64,000 bases of DNA from Geosiphon pyriformis uo1 (Eukaryota > Fungi > Glomeromycota). Each line of letters starts with the position of its first letter. Position 1 is the first letter of the stretch. Under the pieces are notes generated by a model. That model saw only the letters and a list, made by a program, of their open reading frames with translations, made no database searches and was not told where the DNA came from. The position numbers and the translations under genes were made by a program. The stretch is from positions 124,001-188,000 of the forward strand of contig JAAOMT010000586.1 of NCBI GenBank assembly GCA_016748015.1. The letters are read 5' to 3'. Of this stretch, positions 1-10,106 are shown piece after piece.

Positions 1-149
1 GCAATTCCTTGTTAGAGAATTCTGAAATTCCTGGAATCCTGTAATTCTTCTGAAAAGAATCCTGGAATTCCACATTTACTATGTCTCCATCTGATTGGCT
101 AATATCTACTGACTAATAATACTATATTTCCTATATTCTATGAGTAACA
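1..149 (-). repeat. 3' LTR of element A (partial)
   Basis: Matches the right end of the LTR at 19435-20292; purine tract AAAAGGAAGGAATAA on the minus strand adjoins it. Confidence 0.9.
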
Positions 150-162
150 TTATTCCTTCCTT

Positions 163-818
163 TTAATATTGAGCTTTATTGAAATCTAATTTCTTTAATT
201 CCTCTTCTTGAATTATTTCTTGAATTTTTTTTTCGAATATAACTTGTGTTATTTTAGTTTGTAGTTCTTTAAATTGAGTATTGGTCATTTTTCTCAATTG
301 ATTACTCGTAATTGTATCCATGGCTGTGTTGAATAAGATTTCTAGTCAGTCTTGAAATCCCATATATAGCTGGTAGATGGCTCGAGCTTGTGTAGTTAGA
401 TTGTTTTTTTCCACAAATTGTTCCAGTTGTCTCAGTATTGTTATGTCGAATAACTATTTTGTTTTGTTGGTATACAAATTCTAGATATTTACATGTTGTC
501 TCAAATAGAAATGACAATAGTTTTTCGGAAATTGTTGCGTCCACCAAGTCCAAGTTTCTCTGGTAAGGTCTTGGTGTAATCTGACTATTTGTTGTTCATT
601 TATGGCCAATTTTATCTTGGTCATAATCTTGTCAACAACATTTTCAAGTCTTTTCTGTGCTTTGTGTTGTAATATTTTTGCCATATTTTTGTAATGAATG
701 GTTTGTTGATTGATTGTGATTTCTATTTCTTGGTGTTGGATCAATTGAAAGAGTTGTTGTGTTAGTAAGTAGATGTTGTCAGTTATTTCCATTTTTTTGG
801 TATCTTTTATCATGTCGA
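163..818 (-). pseudogene. ORF3 of element A (unknown ~220 aa protein), its first codons split off by insertion of element B
   Basis: Track ORF 481..828 (MEITDNIYLLTQQLF...WTWWTQQFPKNYCHFYL) is homologous to 9447-10106; ends LDFNKAQY* next to the PPT. Confidence 0.8.
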
Positions 819-1711
819 TGTTACTCATAGAAATATAAGAAATATATTAGCATAATTATTAGCCAATCAGAAGTAAGTGTAGTAAATATAGAATTTCAGG
901 ATTCCTCTCAGGAATTACAAGATTCCAGGAATTTTAGGATTCCCAATGAGGAATTGCAGGATTCCAGAATTGCAGGATTCCTCTCAAAGAAATCACAGAA
1001 TTCCAGGAATTCCAGGATTCCTGTCATGAAGAATCAAGAAATTGAAGAATCCCAATTATGTATATATAGCAGTAGTGTTAGAAACAGAAAAAACAGAATC
1101 GATACCACAGAATCCTTAGCCAAGAAACCAATTATCAAATAAATAATTATTCCATATCTCAATCCACTATTCACTATCAACACTTCATGTTAATAGTAAT
1201 TGCTATTTAACCACGCTGGAACAATAGCTCTTGATCACGGCTATTGACAAGATACTAACAGACCAAATTGCCTTGGCTTATTTTCTTCATTTTCTTTATT
1301 TTTATTTTCTTTATTTTATTTCCTTTCTTTCTTTGATTTTGTTGTTGTATACTAATTGATTAAAAGATTAAGCGCTGAGTTATTAATGTCAAGGATAGCC
1401 TGGTAAAAGACCCAGAAATAAGGGTAAGATTTTATATATATTATTGGATAGCTTACCAGAAGGACATGACTGCCAGACTAAATCTGGCCACCATGCTGAG
1501 AAAGAAATTAGGAAAACCACTTGAAGATACAACCACTATCAACCTTATTGAATCTCTGTTCATTATACAAAGAACTCCACAACAAAAATCTTCAGATCAA
1601 CCAAAACCTTCAGATACCATACCTTCTGCACATTATCTATGAAAGTAGCTTTTGAGCACCAAGTTACGGGTTTGTTATTCAATTCCACAACAGAAATAAT
1701 CACCTATAACA
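819..1711 (+). repeat. 5' LTR of element B
   Basis: TGTTACTCA...CCTATAACA, direct repeat of the 3' LTR, followed by TT+TGG PBS. Confidence 0.95.
861..1070 (+). promoter_or_regulatory. Putative U3 promoter of family A LTR: CCAAT box, GGAATTCC/TTCCAG(G)AA repeat array, TATA-like box
   Basis: AGCCAATCAG 861-870, degenerate 8-9 nt repeats ~890-1040, TATATATAG 1061-1069. Same layout in the other family A LTRs. Confidence 0.55.
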
Positions 1712-1730
1712 TTTGGTGCTCCCTGTGAGG
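1712..1730 (+). promoter_or_regulatory. Primer binding site of element B (TGGTGCTCCCTGTGAGG)
   Basis: 2-nt spacer then TGG, complementary to a tRNA 3' end ...CCUCACAGGGAGCACCA. Resembles elongator tRNA-Met or tRNA-Ile(UAU); identity unverified. Confidence 0.85.
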
Positions 1731-1773
1731 TATAATCCTACAGAGAACCAACACCGACAACACCAAACCAAAA

Positions 1774-4700
1774 GTGGCAGAATCAGAAATTATAGGAGCA
1801 AACCATTTAGAATTCGCAAAATTTTTATTTTAACACTATTGTCAATACTTGGGATTAAACCACAATCATATATCTGCTGAATCAGCCTTCAATTTCTACA
1901 TCAATGAAAAAATTTTCTCTTTATTAGGAACACTAGTGAATATTGAATCAGCAAGAGAAACTTTCTATAAGGAATTAATTCAAAACACCAATCTACCAAC
2001 AAACCATAATTTTGCATTCATCATCACTAAGATCAACAAAGAAATTGAACACCACACTCAACAAAGATATCCAACTACATACACTAGTAAAGGCAAGGGA
2101 AAATTATAAATACCAGCAGTAACACCCAAAAAAATACAGCCACCTGCTTGGAAGAAAAACAGAGTTGAATCCCTAAGCAACCCATTCTACCACTATACAC
2201 CTGGAAGCACCATCAACATATCATCAACAGACGCATTTTCATCAACTGCGACATCAGCATTTGGACAATTTTTATTCCAAAGTAGACAAAGGAAAACAGA
2301 ATTGTTAGGACCATATGGCGAATACTTTGAAGGATTTAATTCGCAATCATCAACCCCATCAGGACTTCAATCACCACCACCTCCACCAGATTTCGGAATC
2401 TCTGATCTGTGGAAAGCAGCAGAATCAGAAAAGGAGGAAGAAAAATCAGAGGATCAAGAATTTACTTACCAGCACCCGATCACTGAAAACCTGGAAGTTG
2501 AAACCCCAAACCTTCAAACTCAGCAACAGTTAGAAAATCCAGAAATCAAAACTCCGAATATTCGAATGCCACCAAATCAAAGAAATCAAAAACCTGAATT
2601 AATTAATCAGCAAAACTTACCTTCAATAATCTTCATCAATCAACTGCCGATTAATTCCATAGCCGCCATACAGCAGCCACTTTAGCTACCACCCCAACAG
2701 CCAGGACAATAACAACTGCTTCAACAGCCACCACAACCACCTAACTTAGATCCAATGGCCTATGCACCAATTGCAAAACTTGACAACTTTATGGGCAAAA
2801 AAGATGACGCTCAAATATGGCTGAATAATGTAGAAAAGGCCATCACAGCCAATAGATGGAATGACACTTGAGTAATGCAAGCCATTCTCTACTTTCTCAA
2901 AGATACTGCCAATTCATGGTACCAGAGCTTGATTAATAAACCACAAGATTTTAATGCCTTCAAAGCGGAATTCCTAAGATACTTCAGCAACAATAACAGC
3001 ATCAATCGCCTAGTTAATACATTCACCACCATGAAACAAGGAGAAACTGAAGCAGTTACCACTTACCTGGGATGCTTCTATTGAAACCTACACCAAATTT
3101 AAGCAATTGATGCCAACTATTTCACAGCACCACAGATACTCAATCAGTTTATCTGTGGCCTGTGCAGTAGCATCTTGCAACATGTACGTCCGTTGCATCC
3201 AGGCACCCTTCAAGATGCAGTCACATGCACCAGAGATTTTGAATCTGCTGAGTCAGAGACTAACTATGCCCAAGCCATTAATCTAGTAATGAACAGATCA
3301 TCTGAATTGGATTCCAAATTGGAGAAGTTCAGTGAATTAATCAATAAGAGATTAGAAGGATACTTAGCTGACAATCATGCCATTTATCAGCCTCCACAAT
3401 GACGCAATAATCAAAGAAACTCTAATTGTGTCCAAAATCAATCACATCCATCTTCATCAACCAATTGACAGTGGCAACAGAAAACGCATATCTGCCACTA
3501 TTGTGGTAAACAAAGACATATCCAAATTGATTGTTGCCAGCGTTTAAATAACCAACGATCAAAAAATCAATATCGAAACCCCGATTGCCAGTTCCAAACT
3601 TTGAATCAGTACCCAAATCAAAACCCACCCACTTACCTACTAGTAACGCAGTCATTAGTCTATCAGTCTCCAGTATATCAACCTCTGATTTATTAGCCGC
3701 AGCCACAAGTAATATATCAACCACAGCCACAAATAATCTATCAACCCCAACAGATCCAAACACTGCCCCAAAGCTTACTACCCAACGGAACTCAAAGACC
3801 GAAAATGACTCAACAGAGCTGGAGATCGGCGATAGTAGTCCATCAACCGATCCCCAGTTCTTCACAGCAATCATCTGGATTATGCCAGCAGAATTTGGGT
3901 ACTGGTCAACTCCAGAACTCGAATTTCCAGAACTATTTAAGTCTTCTGGTCACTCCAGAAGACGCTTTAACCAATAACCCGGCATTTACCCAAAAACAAT
4001 TACTTACCAGTAATATCTTACCCACTACCATCATCGAAGACAAGTCATTGGCTGCTATCTTCTCATTCGAATTTGAGGAAACAGCTGCAATGCCATTATT
4101 TAGTGGAGCCGCTCTTGAAGCCAAACTAATTACCACGATGTACACCAACGCCAAAGTAAAAGGACAATCCATCAAATTAATTCTGGACAGCAGTTCTGCA
4201 GACAGCATAATCACAAGACAACTCATGGATCAATTAGGTTGCCGAGTTGATCAAGCTGCCAGCGCCAGAATCATTACAGCCAATGGAGTGACCAAAACTC
4301 CAATCAGCAAAATCAACGACTTTCCTTTTGAAGTCAATGACATCATGACTCTCATTAAAGTTCTAGTGATGAAAACCACTCAATACCAAGCTCTCGTTGG
4401 TAATGACTGGCTATCCAAAGTCAATGCAACGTTAGACTGGAACACCCAGGAACTCCAGCTAATGTATCAGGGCCAACACATACATGTCTTGGCCATGTGT
4501 GGCCACTTTAAAACTCCTCCAAGAGAGAAACTATTGATCAAACTGGAGGAGAAGAAAGAAAAACCTACCTGAGAAGCCTACCAAGTGTCATGGGCAGACA
4601 AAAAGCACAACAAACTACCGCCAATACTCTCTTGGGATGACAGCAACAAGAGAAAAGGGAAACAGAAGGAAGAACTTATCTGGAAAACTGATGACCTGAC

Positions 4701-7700
4701 ATGGACCGACAATGACAAGAGCAAACCGATGTCAAACTGGGAATGGGAAGAGAACAAAGAAAATAAAGGAAAAGAGAAAGAAGAAGAGACCACCCAAACC
4801 ACAACTATTTATAATACCTACACTATATCACAATAATCTACCTATCGTCGACCTAAGCTTATATGCATTGATTGCAGCAAGAAATTGTCATCAATGGGTG
4901 CATGCTGTGGGGACGATGAGGAATATTCAACGGCAACTAGGTTTTATTGCCACCCATGCGTTCTTGAACACTTTGGAAAACCAAAATGAGTAGGAAAATG
5001 GGACAATCAGCCATGCTTAGCTTGTGAAAAGACTCTCTTGGACGAAAAAATGTGGCATGACATTCCCGGACGGGGAGGAACGTGCAACATAGAGTGTCAA
5101 TACATGATTCTGATCAGCAACTGGATTAAAAAGGGGACACCCATCAAAGCCACTTGGCAAAGAGCAGTGTGACAATTAGACAGTTGTCCACATAACAACG
5201 ACGAAATTTGGAGAATGGCAACTGCCAAAATTGAAGGCATGTTGCCAGAAGAAATCCGGACAATTAAAAACAACCCACCAGAACCCATCAAGCTCAACTG
5301 GGACGCAGAGCCAGTTATAAATTTTCTAAAACCAGAAGAGTTCTATAAACACTACCAAAACTTGGCACCCACTAGAGAAAAGCAAGAACAATGGCTAGCA
5401 CAGTTAAATACAAAACTGTGTTGTCATTGTTTAATTCTCAGTAACTTCAAATATTGTGACGATTGTGACCTTATTTACAATCCACCACCATGCATGATCT
5501 ACTCAATCCTTGAAGAAGAAGAACCAATCAGCAGCTGTGCGTCGGAATCAGAATTGCTGATCAATCGCAATTCAGACTTTGACAATGATGATGAAAACAA
5601 CGGTTCTAGCTCTGTTTAAAATGGCAATGACGACAAAAACAATTCAGACTCAAATTCAAAACCTGATTTAAACTATAAACAATATATTGCACTACCAGAT
5701 CTCTCCAAAGAACAAGAGTTGAAATGATATAGTAACAATGGTGAAGGTATTATGCTAGAATGTATGCATGATATGGATGCAGGGTTTGATCTGAAATATC
5801 CAGGAAAAGTTGCCATCAAATTAGAACTGCATTCACACATCTGCATTGATTTGAAAATAACACTAGAGATTCCGGCAACAACAATAGTTCAATTAGCATT
5901 TAGGAGTAGCTTAGCAAAAAAAGGGATCAATATAAGAGGAGGAATAATTGACATGGGATATGTAGGAAATATCATCACCATGCTACAAAATGATTCAGAA
6001 AAGGCCTATATAATAGAGCCCAATGAAAAGATAGCACAGGCAATATTCTTGCCTCTGATTAGAGTAGCTCAGTTAGTGTCAGTAAGAAAGAGGGAGAAAT
6101 TAGGAATAACAGTAAGAGGGATACAAGGATTCGGATCAACGGGTAGAACAGATGTACTAGTTAATATGGCGAAAGAAGAAATTGTTGGCCAAAGAAAAAT
6201 TATCTCAACTGGTCAAGCTATTTCCATTCCACCATATAGCCAGTACATGTTAACAATAGAAAAGAAGGAAAAGGAGCAAGAACAGATTTTTGAAGCAGAA
6301 GCAACCCTTTGTGAATCAGAAGAGATTGGGTTGATCAATCTCCACATACCAGCCAAAAGCTATAGCAGCATAAAAATTCCCATCTACAACAATACTGACA
6401 ATGTCATCAGCATACCAGAAGGAACTACCATCGGATATTTAACCACAGAAATAGAAGACCAACCACCAAACCTCATTCCAGACTTTCCACAACTTTGTGG
6501 ATATGTTGACATCACATCACAAACAATCTATAAATAAGACGAATGTTATTTGCTCCAACCAGAACAATTGAAACAAATGAACATGGGAAACTTAGATCCA
6601 CTTCAATGTATGCAGCTCAAGATGTTACTCAACAATTTCAATGACATCTTTGCCAGCAAAAATGAGTTTGGCTGAACTGACATCATCCAGCATCAGATCA
6701 AGACTGGAGATGCAATGCCAATCAAACAAAGAGCATACAGAGTACCACCAGCCAGCCACGAGATTATTCATCAAGAAATAAACAGAATGCTTGACAACGG
6801 GCTGATTCAATTATTAATGAGTCCATAGTCATCACCAGTAGTACTCGTTCGAAAGAAAAATAGAAAAATCCAGTTTTGTGTAGACTACAAAAAACTCAAT
6901 GGTGTAACTTGTGGAGACAGTTATCCAACTCCATGAATACAAGAATTATTTGATGCTTTCAGTGGGAACAAATGGTTCTCTACATTAGATTTGGACAGTG
7001 GTTATTGGCAAGTAGCCATGAATCCAGCTGACAAAGAGAAGACAGCATTTACTACTAGAGAAGGGAATTTTGAATTTGAAGTGATGCCATTCGGCTTAAC
7101 CAATGCCCCAGCAACTTTCCAACGGCTAATAGAAATCGTTTATACTGGCTTATTGTAGAAATCAGTAGTTGTATACTTGGACGACACCAATGTATTCTCA
7201 AAGAAGTTTGATGATCATCTTCATCATTTTCAATAAGTGTTCGAAAAACTAAGAAGAGCAGGACTAAAGTTAAATGCAACAAAGTGCTTCTTTGACAAGA
7301 CAGAACTCAAATTCTTGGAACACATAGTCAGCAAAGATGGCATCAAAACAGATCCAGAGAAAATAGAGATAGTAAAAAACTTTCCAGTGCTGACCAATAT
7401 AACAGAACTGAAATCATTCTTGGGATTAACTAGTTATTATTGTCATTTTATCAAAAACTTTTCTAAGATAGCGCAGCCACTCAATCAATTACAAAACAAA
7501 AATGCAAAATATGAATGGACAGAAAGTCAACAAGAAGCTTTTGATATTCTGAGGAAAAAACTCATCCAAGCTCTAGTACTGATCTATCCAGATTACAGCA
7601 AACCATTTATTATCACTACTGATGCATCTGGCCAAGCATTGGGAGCAGTATTATTTCAGAGAGGACCAGACGGCAGAAAACATCCAGTAGCATATGCCAG

Positions 7701-7976
7701 CAGAGGTTTAACACCAGCTGAAAAGAATTATGGAACACCAGAACAAGAACACTTAGCAATATACTGGGCTGTCATGAAATGGAAAGAATACTTGAGCCAG
7801 AAGTTTGAAGTATACACAGATCACAAGAGATTAACATCACTCCAAAAACAAGAATTTTGAGATGAAAGACAGTTAAGATGAAAAATGGCACTTACACTAT
7901 ACAATTATACTATACATTACAAAAAAAAAAAGACAATGGAAATGCTGACAGTTTATTACAAATAAGACAAATCTAA
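1774..7976 (+). pseudogene. gag-pol: Element B ORF1: N-extension, capsid, CCHC, aspartic protease, Cys-rich module, dUTPase, RT, RNase H (one frame, broken by transition stops)
   Basis: Track fragments at 1849, 2302, 2875, 3175, 3805, 4585, 5215, 5752 and 7237 share one frame. Motifs: CHYCGKQRHIQIDC, LILDS(G)S, ALVGNDWL, YLDD (~7173-7185), TDAS, YTDHK, NAD.L..IRQI*. Confidence 0.92.
5752..6150 (+). CDS. dut: dUTPase domain within element B ORF1
   Basis: All five trimeric dUTPase motifs in order: DAGFDL, RSSLA, GGIIDxGYVG, EKIAQ, RGIQGFGSTG. Confidence 0.92.
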
Positions 7977-8039
7977 GAACATTTCAACCCAAAAATATAA
8001 TAAAACCAGAACAATACCAATGGAAAAATACAACAAAAG

Positions 8040-9422
8040 ATGAACATACAAAAATATCAACAATTGCAACATTATCTAAACACTCAACAGTTCAAGGAGA
8101 ATTTATCTCATACGGAATGAAGAAGTATCAAACAACAATCAAAATATTTTATCACTCACCAAAATATACTTTATCGGAAAAATAGAAAGGATTCAGATCA
8201 ACCAACCAGAGTAATTACGGAGCCAGAAAAAGATACAATATTATTCAACATGCACTCAAATCCAACAGCAGGACATTTTCACAAAGAAGCAACCATGGAA
8301 AGAACTAGAAAAAGATACTATTGGCCATCAATGTACCCAGACATCATTCAATATGTTCAAAATTGTGATGCTTGTCAGCGAAGAGGAGAAACAAGATCCA
8401 GTGAACTATTAAGACCAATCAAAGTGAGACAACCATTTGATCGTATGGAAATTGATTTAGTTGGATCATTAACAATCACCAGCAGAGAAAACAGATACAT
8501 AGCAGTAGCTATGAACTATCTCACTAAATGGCCAGAGGCAAAAGCAATTCAAAGAGCAGATGCAGAATCCATTGCCGAATTCGTTCATCAGAATTTGATT
8601 TGTTGACATGGATGTCCAAAAGAATTATTATCAGACCAAGGAACTCATTTTGTGAACAGAACATTAACAGAATTGAGCCAAAGATTCGGAATCAAAAGAC
8701 CATTATCATTACCATACTATCCACAAACCAATGGATTAGTAGAAAGATTCAACCAAACATTGTGTGAAGCAATAGCCAAGCTCAGTCAAGAAAACCAGAA
8801 CAATTGAGATTTGTTCATACCATCAGTACTATTTGCTTATCAGACAATGAAACAGGATACTACACAAGCAACACCATTTGAATTAGTATATGGGAGAATA
8901 GCAATGTTACCAGTAGAAAGAGAAATTAATACATATCCAGCTGAACCAATAACAGAGAAAAATTTTCAAGAAACATTGCTGAAAAGAACATATGACTTAA
9001 TGGAAACATTGGAAAACAAACAAAGAAGAGCAGCTGATAATATCCAAAAGTCACAAAAAACACAGAAAGAAAGACACAATAGTCAACTACCAGACAAACC
9101 AGTTGAATTTAAGATCGGAGACAAAATATTACTACATTGTACCAAAGCAGAAAAACAATGGAGTGGAAAATTTGACCCCAAATGGGATGGACCATTTCAC
9201 ATAGAAAAAATTCTAGGAAATGGAGCTTACAAATTAAGATTGGATAACAAAATTTTAACCAAAGCAGCACATGGAGATCGACTGAAATCATATCACAACA
9301 TCACATTACTATCTACCAGTAATATTCCACAATTAAGAGTACAGAGAATACTAGTCCAACCAGATGAAATTCCATGAGATCTGGAACCAATCATTATTAT
9401 CAACAACAACATGTTAAATTGA
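8040..9422 (+). pseudogene. int: Element B ORF2: stand-alone integrase (HHCC, DDE core, GPF module, no chromodomain)
   Basis: ATG 8040 follows the RNase H stop. MHSNPTAGHF...CDACQ, IDLVG, SDQG, ERFN, WDGPF. Confidence 0.9.
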
Positions 9423-9446
9423 TCCATCAAAAGAATATATAAAGAC

Positions 9447-10106
9447 ATGGTAGACATGACAGGAAATATCAAAAAAATGGAAATTACAGACAACATTCAC
9501 TCACTAGCACAACAACTCTTTCAATTAATCCAACACTAGGAAATGGAGATTACAATCAATCAACAAACCATTTGATATCAAGATACTAGAAAAACATTTC
9601 AACTCAGAACACAAAAGAAAACTGAAAATACTATGGACAAAATCATGGCGAAAGTAAAATTAGCAATAAAAAAATCAACAAAAGAGTCACTATATTAAGA
9701 GTTGACTAAAGAAACTTGGAATTGGTGGATACAACAATTTCCACGAAACTATTGTTATTTTTACTTGGGACAACATGTAAATATCCAGAATCTATATATG
9801 GATAAAACAAAGTGATTATTCGACAAAAGAATACTACAACAATTAAAACATTTTGTGAGAAAGAACAATTTATCCACACAAGCCCAAGCCATATACCAAA
9901 TACACACAGTATTTCAAGATAAACCAGAAATATTGCTCAATAGAGCAATGAATAGGGTTATCAGTAATCAATTGGGAAAAATCACCAATGCTCAATTTGA
10001 AGAATTACAGACCCAAATAACACAAGTAATTCTTGAAAACGAAATCCAGAAAATACTTCAAAAGAGGGAATTACATGAGTTAGATTTCAATGGAGCTCAA
10101 TATTAA
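9447..10106 (+). pseudogene. Element B ORF3, unknown ~220 aa protein
   Basis: One frame with a few stops explicable as transitions; homologous to regions in A, C, F, G, H and I; ends LDFNGAQY* overlapping the PPT. Confidence 0.8.

Noticed and set aside
890-1040. Short palindromic repeats resembling a CRISPR or operator array
   Set aside because: Units are 8-9 nt without unique spacers and lie inside eukaryotic LTRs.
1639-1728. LTR ATG (MKVAFEHQ...) in frame with gag as the true gag start
   Set aside because: Terminates at a TGA inside the PBS and is not conserved in other LTR copies or families; at most a uORF.
3422-3977. Long alternative-frame ORFs over the gag-PR linker (3422..3874 -, 3585..3977 +; likewise 17305..17667 and 44644..44970)
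   Set aside because: By-products of CAA/CCA-rich codons that lack stops in other frames; no conserved start; the Q-rich frame is the one continuous with gag and PR.
9447-10106. ORF3 as an env gene or chromodomain
   Set aside because: No signal peptide, transmembrane helix, furin site or chromodomain aromatic-cage pattern visible.
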